Shown one piece after another: positions 39,798-52,059 of a DNA stretch of 64,000 nt (its first letter is position 1; each line of letters starts with the position of its first letter). Source of the DNA: Dicyema japonicum (taxonomy: Eukaryota > Animalia > Dicyemida); the NCBI GenBank assembly GCA_011109175.1, contig RDEW01000106.1:17314-81313 (forward strand). The letters run 5' to 3'. Both the position numbers and the translations under genes were made by a program. The notes under the pieces are model-generated. The model was given only the letters and a program-made list of their open reading frames with translations. It made no database searches and was not told the DNA's origin.

Positions 39798-40964
39798 TTC
39801 ATTTTTGTCGTTATTTGACTAATTAAGCTTGTTATTTTTCGTTAATTTCCTGTTTAGGAAACTTCAGTTAACAATGAATGTTGTTCGATTTGAATTTATT
39901 TAAATAAATTATATTTTAATAAAATGTTTTAGTTTAAATTTTATTTAATTTAATGGTTTTATTTTATTTATTTTATTTAAACCAAGAATCACCGATAGAT
40001 TAATCCAAGATTTCAAAACTAACCGCAGGAAAAGGACTGGTATGGACACCGGGATCACTTAATTAGACGATAACTTTTATCCCTTTTCTCGTGATTTCGG
40101 GGTTAATAAAATAAATAAATTAGGAGGGAATAAATGGCCGTTAGGTGATCCCGGGGTCCTTAAGCACCATCTCACTTTCCTTGTTGTTCGTCCCGAAATA
40201 TGCATGTCGGTGTTACTTTTGGGAACTTTGGAGGTTTCAATAAGGCCCCCGTTCTTTTCACAGCGTCTCGAAAGGAGTTTTTCTTAGCAGTGAGGTGAAG
40301 ACTTGGATCTTTTTTCTATTGGACAGGTTTGTCCCCCATACAGCCATAGCTGATTGTCAGTTGTATTACAGAGTGAGCTTACGTTGAGTTTTTTTATCAA
40401 ACAATTTTATGAGACCAATGGTTGTAGTATCAGTGGATCATTTAATTCGTCAGATTATGTGGACTTAATTCCGAAATACTGAAGGTAGCCCAATCAAACG
40501 ACCTTGTCCAGAATCAGTCTGATGTAATGTTTCAAGGATACGTGTAATTTTCAGTTGTTGGTTATTTCAATCATTGGGTTACTTCCTATTTTAGAAAGTC
40601 CCCGATAATGGGGAATATTATCAAAGACTGGGGGAAGTATCTATTTCCTTTTTTGGAGACAAAATTGACAAAAAACCAAAGTGACATTCCGCGTAGTTAT
40701 GAATATTGATTAAATTGAGTAAGGATAAAATTTGTGGGAGATCACAGCCAATGGTCTCTCCTAAAATTCCATATTTACCCCCGGACCCTTCAAGCGAAGG
40801 AAACTGGTGGCTAACAAGAGCTTAGTTACCAGGACCAGAGGTTTCCACCTTTTTTACACGCCTCCCTCAGAAAAAATACAATCTTGCGCCTCCCTTTATA
40901 TTCCATGATATAATAAAAATATTATTTTTAACAGAAACAATTTTTTAACACAAAAACTTAGTGC

Positions 40965-41095
40965 TTGCCAGGAAAAAAAGGATCAACAAGAAGGGTTCTG
41001 ACTGAGACAAAAGATTGGAATGGCCATTCTCCGAGAAAACTCGTTCGCGATTTACGCAGCAGGCTCCTCAATTAACATTTGTTTCTTTGTTAAAA
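40965..41095 (+). mobile_element. Very short CRE 3' end
   Basis: Closely matches 46160-46290. Confidence 0.8.
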
Positions 41096-41506
41096 ATTGT
41101 CTTTAAAAAAAGTTAGTGAAATAATTTTTTTCATTCTTGACAATTTTTTAAATCTCTGTGTCATTGAGGAGAGTGATACCCTAGCGCACCAATAAACGAG
41201 TTTGATATTTAGATTCCATTGCATCTAGTGCAGAAAATCCAGTTTCGAATAAATATGAAGTAAAAATGGAAACTTTCATGCTTTTATCTACAAAATTTCA
41301 TATTTTTTACACCGATAATAATGGCAATTCTATCGATTTTTTTTTCAAAAGTTGTCAATACAAGTTATCAATGAACAGATCATGTATCCATCCAAACGTT
41401 TTACATGCGAAATCTTCAAAATAGTGAGCAAAAATGCTTTGACAAACAATTAAATTTATCAACCCTGGATACACCGAGAAAGAAGTTAAAGTAAACAACT
41501 AATTAA

Positions 41507-41775
41507 GTGTATCCAGTTTCCACTTTTACAGAGACAAAGCCATCCGGAGTCAACATAAAAGGAAAAAGACGTCCATATATGTGCAGTTGTGGAAACCCCT
41601 CCAGTGGAGTGGGAAAGAGAAAATGGTCCTTTTTCGTGCCGGCCAGGCACTAGGCGCCACCTAGACAGGTGGATCACATGACGCTACTCTAATAGGAAGA
41701 GAGAGATGAAACAGACAAAAAAACATAAAACTTAAACCAATTAGCCACGCAGCACCACATGGTTCCACGCGGCGT
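41507..41775. repeat. Dispersed repeat family X, copy 2
   Basis: Aligns with 7913-8170. Confidence 0.75.
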
Positions 41776-41859
41776 AATTCATACGGACAAACAATATTCA
41801 AGCAAAAATGCTTTTGTTTGCTTGAATATTGTCTATGGCCCAAAAAGTATTTAACAGTG

Positions 41860-42630
41860 AGAACATGTCATAGATTTTTTATATAATAGATTTCCATAAC
41901 TTCAGTTTTTTAATGAATTCTACTTTGTGTGAATGAATGTGCTCCCTGCATAGATTTATGCAATACACTCAATTTCCCAAAAATGTCAACCAAATAGGCC
42001 AATTTACAACAAAATTATCATTCCTGGACAATTTTGCATCTTCAATGTCATTTTCCTCAATAAAATCCGCAACTTGATCCTTGAGTTCAACCACCCTTCG
42101 AATCACTTTTCACAGCCAGCGCTCACAGTAATATAAAATGCTGTATCATTTGCATCAACATCTTCTCAAAAAGCTTAGCTTAAAAAACTGTGTTTTATGT
42201 AGTTTATAACTTTTGGAATTTTTGTAAAAATATTAAGTTCTAGGCTCATTTGAAACACGTGCTGATTTGTGAGGCATGCAGTGCGTCCAGATATATTGTG
42301 CGTTTCTTGTATTTTGCGATTTTGTAAGAAACTTTGTACGAAGCTATTTAACGTTTTCGTTTGGTTATAGCACTATTCTAATTTTATTTAAAAAATTCTT
42401 TAGACATGGACATATTCAGAATGAATCGTTTCAAAATGTCTTCTTAATTTGCATGGCCTCATACTATCTGCTACAAGTGTTTTGAAACAAAGCAAACAGA
42501 GGGGTATTTCAAAGGTATCAACAAAAATACCAGTGAATGCTAGCAATAAGTAGGTTGGACAATATTTTCTTGTCTTTGGAGTCGTATTGATTATATTCAA
42601 ATTATTTTGACTATTTGAGCTCTTCACTAT
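41860..42630 (-). mobile_element. hAT Buster/ZBED5-like transposase remnant
   Basis: RKYCPTYL..FT...PLCLLC...L...SMRPCKLRRHFET.H; VINYIK...YYCERWL...VVELKDQV. Confidence 0.8.
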
Positions 42631-43449
42631 TCGTCAATTTTCTTTTACAACCACCCAAGAATTTATCCATACTGTCAAACTGATTTAAATTGAATTGATT
42701 TTTGAAAAATATAATTTTTAAATTATTAACTATTATTATTTTCATATAATCACGATTTTTATATAGATTTAATTTTACAAAAAAATATTTCTGATAAGTT
42801 TTTCGCGACTCCCTGTACGCTCATTGTTTACAGCCATTTTCTTGAGCTCAGTCACAGATATAGCAGTACTGAATCTATCACTGCAGAGCTCCGCCAAGTA
42901 TGGCCAGCCATCAGGGGGCATTTAGGATAGCGTGTTACAAACCTAGGGACTACCTCATTTGGGTCAGTTGCCACAACGCTCTCGGATATGGCAAGAATTA
43001 CATTCTTACCATCTGTAACGTAAGTGACCCTTCTTTTTTTTCCTTCCAACATTTTTACCCATTCGAGGGAGTTATAACGTCACCGAATCCCACAGTGCAT
43101 GTTATCGACATCCAGTAACCCTTATATTGACTGAAATATATGTTTGACTGGTTTGACGAGTGAAGACAACGGTAAAGCAGAACCCTAACGTGGGAGTGCT
43201 TTTAACTAACTGATTTAACGTGTTTTTTAATAAACCATTTTGGTTAACGACAAAGTTAGAGTTAGATCCCCGCAGCTTTGATTGCGAGGTTATTCCCCCT
43301 CTGAATTGCACGGGAAATCCGTTCAAATAACCACCACCGTTAAGGGTCTCATGAGCGGAATGAGATAAGGTTTCTGAGTATTTAAAAAAACTCTTAGGGT
43401 GAGTGTCGAGGACTCCAGATGTTTTCATAGCTGGTGGAACGAATGTAAA

Positions 43450-43830
43450 ATCACCGGGGCCAACATATAAATTTGAATGTCGGGTCTCTTAGCAGCTGAC
43501 ACTATCGAATGACGTTGTCCAATGCTTACGTAAAGTTTTGTTAGCACTTTTCCTGCAAGCGAGTGAAAAGTCCAAATCATCAATTCACTAGCAATGTCTG
43601 ATCTGGTGTGGCTTACAAATCTTCAATCCAAGGCGCAGTGAGACTCCTACTTCAATGGAATCGTCGTTGATTAGTTAGAATACTCCGTTTAGAATGACGT
43701 TGAGCTATGCCTTTCCTTGGGAGAGGCTCCGGACAGTAGAAGGTGTTGGTGGAGGACTCCAAAATCTTAAAATTATTCCTGCAAACAACATCGTCTAGAC
43801 TGGGAAAAGCGAGAACGAAAATGATCTCGG
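43450..43830 (-). mobile_element. CRE-clade CCHC-region fragment
   Basis: VGVSLRLGLKICKPH...LACRKSA. Confidence 0.6.
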
Positions 43831-44199
43831 GTAGATGACCGACTTCTCGTCAGAAGATCCTAAGCATAGTCGACCCTCGCGACCTGGCCATTTTTGGTTC
43901 CTAGAATTTTATTTTTTCTGATTCTTGCAATTTTCTAAATAATTTCATTTTCATTAAATGCAAAAAATGCGGCCATGGTAGATATTAAGGCATCATATAG
44001 AAAACCAACAAGAAATTCGATTTTCGAAAAAAATACCTTTAGACTCTACCACCTCCATCCATTCTGCAAACTTCTCTTCAAGCTTTGGAAACTTTGGCTT
44101 TAAAAGAAGGTCGATATTTTTTAGAATCTATCAAAATAGTGTCCTTTTTCAGTATAGATTATTGTTTTTTTTCGTTTTTTGATACATTTATTTATCAAA

Positions 44200-44725
44200 A
44201 ACACAAAAATCAATCAAAAATGATCTCACTAACATAATCGACGTTGCCTTCACGATCGCAACAAGATCAAATTGAGAAGTCACCAATATCCACGTGCGTC
44301 GTGGCTTTTTAGTGTAGCTAGGCGTCCCGCTTATTCGTCCTGTTGTTTCAACTACGAGGGGGCACGTGAACCGATCGTGCAACACTTCCTATTTTTTCCT
44401 TTGCTTTCATTGTTTTTTTCAGCGGCATGCAGAGTGTCTACCGCGCTCCCGACTATGTTGATGGCAAAGGGGTCGACGTAAGTAGCATCCCATACCAAAG
44501 GATTCCCTCCTCGGATGGAAAAATTGTAATTTCGTCCGTTCGTTTTCCATCTCTTCTGTCCGGGCCAACAGATTCAAGTATGCAGGGGTATCCATCAGAC
44601 TCCAGGACTCGCTTAACAATTCCGTTCATAGCCTTATGTCTTGGGAATCGTCCTGCACTTATTCGGGAAAAAAGAGCATGCTTTCCATTATTTTCTCGAC
44701 ACGAGAAGCATTGGAAGACGTGTTA
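44200..44725 (-). mobile_element. CRE-clade 3' fragment
   Basis: Reverse complement of the 16140-16240 and 54360-54775 family (LLARTEEMEN frame-shifted GLDRGDGKR). Confidence 0.75.
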
Positions 44726-44736
44726 ATAATAATAAA

Positions 44737-45038
44737 GCCTTTTCACTAGAGCCATAGTATTTATAGCTCCGCATAGGCAGGACACACACTTTTTTAAGTA
44801 AAGAACAGTTAATTTTAACTAATCGTAGAACCAAGGAATGATCTTCACTTCTTTTTTTCTATTTTGTGTGAGTGTCCTTTCTAGACAATCCAGTTCTGCA
44901 GTGAGTATCCACTGATGACGGCGTCACTCGTCAAACCCTTTCTGCATCGTAGATGCGTGGAACCTTCCACCAGGTGAACAGCAGCAAGATTCGAACCCGT
45001 AGCCTAAGCCACTTAAGCCCGACACCTAACCACTATGC
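44737..45038 (-). mobile_element. tRNA-derived SINE, full length, (TAA)n-type tail
   Basis: Head gcatagtggttaggtgtcgggc...gggttcgaatc; shared body. Confidence 0.85.
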
Positions 45039-45071
45039 ACAAATTTTATTTTTTTTCAATTTCTATTAAAA

Positions 45072-46328
45072 GGCATCCCAGCCTTTGTCCGATTCCAATC
45101 ATCAAAGAATCGTCGTCCAAAAAGGTCCCGAGGTTTGGGCAAGGTATTGCACCAAGCCATGCTCCACTCCCTCGACTTAAAGCTGACACCAAACAAGCCA
45201 GACGATGTTGATTTGCTTCTTTTTTAAGGTCTTCCAAAGTTTTGGAGCAGACAATGTCATCCCAATTACTTTGCTTCGTTGTGTCTTCGGGGATTTTGAG
45301 TCCGGACCCGTTCCATTTCCGACAAGCTTCGTCAAATGACTCATTCCAGCGAAGTCCAATAGTGTTATGAAGGACTTGCCGTGTCAAATGGCTGCAGCTT
45401 GAGAGAGACGATAGATATGCCGGGTACGCAACCTCCAGCGCCGATCTTATTCCGACACCCCCAAATCCAGAGGGAAGCTTACATTGTTTCCAACCAAGTT
45501 CGTCGAAGCGGACGTTAATTAGTGACTCAACAGTTTGCTTGAGAGACTTGTCTATTGAAAGTAGAATGTCATATTGTTCGTAGCAGGGTGAACATCGGAG
45601 TAGATATAAAAGCTTGGGTAGTCCGATGTTGTTTCTCATCAGGAAGAAAGATGTGTGAGAGTCAAGACATGATAATCTTTTCGCAAGGCGTGTTAATGGC
45701 TGGGACTAGACGTTTGCAGGAGCACCGATGCCGATGCGGGAAAACAGTCGATGCGAAAGGATTGCACCCGCTATCCTGCAGAAGAAGCGCCGGAAGGGGA
45801 CCACGCCATGCCGCTCTGAACGATGTGATCGTCAGAGCTCTGAAGGCTTCAGGCTTCCCAGCACAGCTTGAACCAGTGGGTCTTGATCGAGGAGATGGGA
45901 AGAGACCTGACGGGATGACCCTTTTCCCCTTCACGTCTGGAAGATCTTTGGTCTGGGACGCAACTTGCATAGACACGTTCTCAAGCGCGAACATTTTTAA
46001 ATCGGTTTAGACACCTGGATCAGCTGCTTCGACTGCGGAAAACCAAAAAATCAAGAAATATTCTTGCCTCGGGAATCGCTACCGATTTACTCCTGTTGCG
46101 ACCGAATCATCGGGAGCCGTTGGTCCAATGACGGCTGAATTCTTGCAAGAACTCGGAGGATTGCTTGCCAGAAAGAAAAGGGATCAACGAGAAGGGTTCA
46201 GACTGAGACAAAAGATCGGAATGGCCATTCTCCGAAGGAACTCGTTCGCGATTCACGCAGCAGGCTTCCTCAAATAACATTTGTTTTTTTGTTAAAAAAT
46301 TTTTTTGTATTAAAAAAAAAGAAGAAAA
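45072..46328 (+). mobile_element. CRE-clade insertion with 5' inversion, A-rich tail and 14-bp TSD
   Basis: TSD aatttctattaaaa at 45058-45071 and 46329-46342; post-RT region on the minus strand (45076-45697); CCHC and RLE on the plus strand (45698-46270). Confidence 0.9.
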
Positions 46329-46439
46329 AATTTCTATTAAAATAATTTCAAAAATTGTGGCCAATTAATAATAAGAACTGTCTTAAATAATAGAACGTTT
46401 TCCCAGGCACTCCTGTCTTAACATGACATTAAAGAATTC

Positions 46440-46865
46440 CCTTGCCTCTGCTGGACACCATTGCCTGTTAGAACCTGCTGGTCTTTCCCGAAACGATGGA
46501 AACGCCCTGATGGGATGACGACTTTTCCATTCGCCAACGGACGAAACCTGATCTGGGACGCGACGTGTGTTGATACTTATTCCCCGTCTAATTTGGTTGC
46601 TTCTGCTTCAAACCCAGGACATGCTTCAAAGCAGGCCGAGGAACGAAAGAGGAGGAAGTATCAGAGAATTTCGGAGAGTATCTTTTTGTTCCATTCGCGG
46701 TGGAAACGTCAGGAATCCTTGGCCCCCAAGGCAGATGAGTTGGTTCGTAAGATTGGCTCCATGATTCAAGCTGTGACCAAGGATCCGTGAGAGACTGGTT
46801 GGTTCCGAGAACGTATCTCGTTGGCTATTGTTAGGGGAAATAGCATGGCCATTCAAATGCCTTAA
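46440..46865 (+). mobile_element. CRE-clade 3' end (another subfamily)
   Basis: KRPDGMTTFPFANGRNLIWDATCVDTYS...AEERKRRKY. Confidence 0.85.
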
Positions 46866-47689
46866 TTTAATTTTATTCATTTGATAATAAAACCATAAAA
46901 TTCAAAAAAATAATAAGAATAGGATTTTTTTCTTAGAAAATTTTTCAAAATGTGGTCAATTTAAAGATTGTCCATTTTGAGAGGTCGGCCAATTTGCGAG
47001 GGTCGACTGTATTGATTCCTATTGGCATAATTAAATCCTAATACCATCGAGATCAACTGGAGGAGGTATTGGGTTTCACGGATGGCTTGTGAGTGTAACC
47101 AAACGACCCAGAGTGTATTGGAAAGACAGACTTTTTGCTTATCGCTCCAATTGTCTCGACAGCAATTGCATGGAGCAATAAATTGTGATTTTGTGAAAAT
47201 AAGACAAAAATTAAATAAGTTCAAGGAAAATTAAATGTAGGAATGTTAATCTTATTTAATTTTGTATTAATGTTCAAAAATAAACTTAACCATTGTCTTC
47301 AAATAGTACTGGCATAAATCCACTGCACAGAATGTCTAGATAGCTTCATGATGAATGAAATCCCTTATCTTCCTTCTCATCAGCATGAACGAAGTTATTG
47401 ACTCAAGATTCATTGGAAACCTGAAGTTCCGAATAGGTGAAGGGTTGGATGCATATAAGAATCGGGTTCGTATCTGGTCTAATTGAATGAACTTGAAGGG
47501 ATCATCTACCAGAAGCTACATATGACATGTAATATGTTGCTAATAATGTCTTCCACTTAAACTTTTCACATTATACATGAGGATCTCATACTTTTGTATT
47601 TCGAGAGCATTAATTGCTTGGTCAAAAATTCATTTCCAATAACCGGATTTTATATGGTTGAACTATGACTAGCTCGGGTGCATGAGGAT

Positions 47690-47880
47690 AGTACCACGGC
47701 ACCATGGACCTTTTCGTTTTCCAGCAAATCTCCGTCAAGACGTATGGCGCTATTGGCCCGAGCACGTCTGAGTTAATCAAGTTAGTCAGATGGCTAGCGG
47801 AGCAGCGGAAGGGTGAAGCTAGAATGACGTGAAGGCTTATCGAGAAAATTGGGTTCGCTACTATGAGATCCCTCAGGATC
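47690..47880 (+). mobile_element. CRE-clade 3' fragment, diverged
   Basis: VKTYGAIGPSTSELIK...LIEKIGFA. Confidence 0.55.
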
Positions 47881-48003
47881 CTTTTCAAACTAGCCAATCT
47901 TCTAATTTATGAAGAGAAATGTCAAAACGTGTTACAAAAAAGTAGAGTACCCCAAATAAAAAATGACAAATATACAAAGACTATAAATGAGTGCTCCGAT
48001 TCC

Positions 48004-49615
48004 TTATTTTCCGTAGTAAATTAATTCTATAATCTCTTTCACTCAACCGACATCCTTCATCCCTTCTAACTGATTCCTCTCCCCGAAATCATCCACTTTC
48101 GTATAAACGACAAACCGAACACATCCTTCAACCAGCTCAGGCTTCTTGAACACATACGCAGACAGACTCACTTCAGGCCACAAAGAGGGCATCCAGCTGT
48201 TCTCTACATTTACAGCCAACACCAACCTCTGAGATCCCTGAACCAACAAGAAGGGAATCCTCTCTTCGGCTGTAGCTCCACCACGGTGGTTATCAAATAC
48301 ACGGAATCCCAATCAACACAGCTCTGTTGACGTCAAAAGTCCCAAGTCCCCCTTTTGTGCTCACAAACAGCACGGAAGACAGTCTCACAGGTCTGTATTC
48401 ATTCACAATCTCCCCACCACAATCTCCGCACGTGCTCACAGCTTCAAACGAGGTTTTCTCTGCGGTAAACTTCGCCTCAACCTCCAAGAGGGATCTTTTA
48501 ATACTAAAAATAAGCCAACCATCACCTTTGACTGTGTGTTTTAGTACAGATGCCACAAACTGATACGTGGGAGATCTCAAAAGAGCAGAACTTGGCCAGA
48601 TTCGAGGACTGGGAGACGATTTTTCTCAGAAGGTGGAAGAAATTGAGCTCACCGTCGAAAGAGAGAGTGATGGTGGAACAGACGGTCTCCTTTGACATCA
48701 AAATCTGCCTCTGTTGAGCCTGGAACTCCGGATTGGCGACAATTCCGTCCAACATGAACCTCAGTGATTTCAACAACTCTTGAGGGGGGTTCCCAAAGGC
48801 TTCAAAAAGGCCTAAGGGACTCAATGAAGTCCCCAAAAGTTGTCTGATCATACTCTGAGCTCTGATTCTGAGTGACACGTGCTCTGCAAATGCAAAGAAT
48901 GTTCCCAAGGAGTCGGTGGACGCTTCAGTCTGCTCGGTGATCCTCGTAGTCATGAGGGGATCCTCCACAATCTGTCTGTAAAGACATCCCTGTTGTACGA
49001 AGACGTCCAGAATGGCATCAATCCAGGCCTTTCCGTCCATTTGGGACCAAAAACAGTGTATTTTGCGCACAAAATCCCTGAGTTGATCATTCACGTAGGT
49101 AACGGAAGACCATTCCCGGTTCAGAGACGAAATCACGGATTTTCCGGAACTTTGCAGGGAAATCTCGGAAGTACATGGATTCTGTAGGGATCCCGAGGAA
49201 CTGAGACAGGAAGTGATTGAGGAGGCACAGGAATTACTGGGATTGGAAGGAACCACGACTCCGCTGTCGTTGGATTGACAAGGGGATCCAAACTGGTTGA
49301 TGGAATTCGCAATTTTTTGAGATTTACTCAGTTCAGTGAGTAGACGTTTGCTTCTCCTGGGCTTCTTTTGGACGGGAGATGTATCGTTCCGTGAACCTGG
49401 GGGATGTGGGTTATCGGTAGCATTAACGAAATCAAAAAATGACCCCAAATCGATTGGGTAGGAGCACTATGAGTTATTGTTTAAAATACCTTGTCTGACT
49501 CGCAGAAATCAGCGGTTGATCCCTTACGATCCAACTTGTAGGTAATGAGACGGTTCTTTATTCCACTTTTGGCGCAAACGGGACACAAGGACGATATATC
49601 TTGATTAGAAGCCAT
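48004..49615 (-). CDS. USPL1: USPL1 homolog lacking the catalytic Cys/His/Asp; introns 49467-49489, 48504-48525, 48204-48226 and probably one near 48030; needs +1 base at 48308-48310; 3' end is 48043 if the last intron is not used
   Basis: N-terminal CPVCAKSGIKNRLITYKL...FCESDKCSYP matches USPL1 CPAC..KGKL..LKTYRI...LCED.QC.YP; USP-fold blocks W....AWIDAIL, C..C, C..C, YLITTVV, ENSW and FVVYTK are in the right order. Confidence 0.8.
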
Positions 49616-50829
49616 TAACACCACTAGCAATACTTGCGAATATGAATTTTTAAATTTAAATGTTTAGTTTTTAGTAAAAATTATTTTTAATCGTTAATTA
49701 TTTTAATTATTTTTTTTATTTTTTGTATTACTTTGCTACCGATTACTTTTTAGCATTTTATTTTCTGGTTCAATAAATATAAAATTAAAAAATCTGTGAA
49801 CGGATTCCTGTAGCTCGTCCTGTAGCCACAACCAAGCAAAAATATATTTGGTAGTTGCTTGATAAGGACAAGAAATTGGGTATATTCACAACAAATGCAG
49901 GCAGTTTTCTCCACTTGTAGCTGACCCACATGAGCAAGTTATCAATTGCCGCAGGTTGAAGTAGTAAGATGTTTCTATCATGCTTAATGCGGAGGAGGTG
50001 ATTGAGTCGTGAGACATTAAAAACCTGAAATTCTGTGGAGAGGAAAAAAGCGTCGAATTAGGTCTTGTTCATATCACGCCCAACCCGCAAATTGAATGAA
50101 CTAGGAGGATCATCTCTCACAAACTGCACATCTAGATGATAGTGACCCCATATATGAATGCAATTTTTCGTAAGTGATTCCAAATGAGGTAAAATATTTC
50201 TGGTATCACTTTATACCCACGGAGGTAACCTCTCGAAAGAGAAACCTTTGTTTTTTTTCACCAGAGTCATCTTACCCTCCCTCATGCATTTGTGAGAAGA
50301 TTTTTCTCGAAAAAAAAGGCAGAGATTAATTTTGCCTTTCGGAAGATTTTGGGGGAGCTTCTAAATTGGAAAGAGGACAACTTAACAAGCTCTATATTCC
50401 GTTGAGATTTAGGATGGAGGGTTATCATCCAGTATTTCTACGACCGTCTACCAGATAAACATTGAACCCCCGACTATAAAACTCCAACTCCCATAATCTC
50501 CCTCACACTTCCGACTACAAATTCCTACTCATTTACTGACTCTAAGATTTCTTTTCTTAACCAGACCAAGAGTCTGATTTGCAGACTTAAACGAACTGGC
50601 ATGACGTCCCCGAGTAATCTCAATAGCCCGTAGCTCCAAAGCTGGAGACCCCGGTTCCACCGTTTCCACAGAACTAAAGTAATTGGGCAAATATGAAGTC
50701 GAACTGTGCATACATCATGTTTCATAAATGATGAAATCGTTCTCGTTTCCAGGGATATTGAGTCTAGAATAAATGGAGGACGCCCTGACTTCATGGTTGG
50801 CTCAATTACTGCAGGAAGTACCCCGGTGA

Positions 50830-51200
50830 AGTCTTCCATAACCCTATTTACTGCATGTAAGAAGCGTTGTTATTCGAGTCAAGATCCCCTCAAGAACAAA
50901 TCAATACCATGGAAAAAATTCTGGGAGTCCAAGACTCTCGCGAAGACATGAGAAATCGTGTTACATCTGATCTCTTCACCATCTACCGCCAGTTTATCCA
51001 ACCAATACTGGCCTGCGTAAGTGCCATAGTCAATGGCCATCTCCCGTTCTTCCCTACATAACTTATAATCCGAAAAGCTGCTAACTGAGTCATGGGTCCT
51101 CATGAATGCGGCCATTAGATAATCTGACTTCTCTCAGCAACCACTTCATTTTCAGTGGTGTTTCTTGTGAGATCCCACGCACTATGTTTATTTAAGAGAC
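50830..51200 (+). mobile_element. APE-type LINE 3' fragment
   Basis: EKILGVQ...LFTIYRQFIQPIL. Confidence 0.6.
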
Positions 51201-51236
51201 AAACGAGATCACTTAGAAAGTATCAAAGTCAACAAG

Positions 51237-51990
51237 CTAAGTAATCTCACCTTGTAGTAACTCATGGACTCCTCGAGTAGGGCGCCAGCGAACCAACCAC
51301 CTTCCGGAAGTATCTCGTTTGATTCTTAGAATTTGACACAAACAGTTCATCTTCACGACCAGGGTGCTCAGAGGTCCAGAGGAGCATTTTTTGTATAATG
51401 CTTCACTCCTTACACGCATTGGCCACTTCAATCCAAGAGAGACCGAGTAATTCCTACGCAAGGAATCGAGTCTTTGTTCGTCCGGTTTGAGATTCCCCAT
51501 GTTCCAGAGTTACAAGTAAGGATCGGTTTCACGAAAGCCTCATACAATCTGAGTGTGAGTGATCGGCATTCGGATCTATCCTTTCGTGGTCACCGTATAT
51601 ACAATTTCCTTCTGACAATGTCTTCGATACCCACAAAAAACGGGAAGTCTCTTTGAGGTGTGCCCACTGTTGTCACTATTTCCAATACGCACCTGAGATT
51701 GTGCTTGATAGGAGTATCCGTATTAAGGTGACCGAGTCCTGATCCAAAAAACTTTCAAGCACTTCAATGAGTTTCCTCGACGACTGACAGAAAGCTCTGG
51801 TGAGATCAATTCCAAGAATAATCCTTGAACTTTGGAATCTTTGCTGAATAGCATAATTATATACAACATCAGCTGTTGATCTCCCAGTCCTGAAATCACT
51901 CTTGCTTTTAGCCAAGTACCCGTCCACTGAAAAAAACCAAGGATTTTTTTGGTTGAGGTGCTGACGTCCCTCTATTGCACTCATGTCGAA
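51237..51990 (-). mobile_element. RTE-like LINE, internally deleted
   Basis: SDFRTGRSTADVV...GIDLTRAF; LGLKWPMRVRSEALY. Confidence 0.7.
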
Positions 51991-52059
51991 TACTTGTTTA
52001 AGAACACCAATATTTAATTACATTTTTTGTTAATAAATTTTTACATAAATTAATCAATT

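Larger units (their letters stand above)
43867..47009. mobile_element. pogo/Tigger-type non-autonomous element inflated by nested retro-insertions
   Basis: 13-bp perfect inverted termini agtcgaccctcgc (43868-43880) / gcgagggtcgact (46996-47008), with TA at 47010. Confidence 0.6.

Noticed and set aside
40044-40158. 18-bp inverted repeat (ggacaccgggatcactta / taggtgatcccggggtcc) as an ncRNA or terminator
   Set aside because: Explained by two LINE 3' ends meeting tail-to-tail, each carrying the gggatcac motif
42852-43428. ORFs 43102-43428 and 42852-43052 as host genes
   Set aside because: Lie directly downstream of a CRE fragment; no recognisable domain or intron structure
47040-47620. Hidden tiny-intron gene downstream of USPL1
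   Set aside because: Several splice combinations tried; none gave a continuous, recognisable protein
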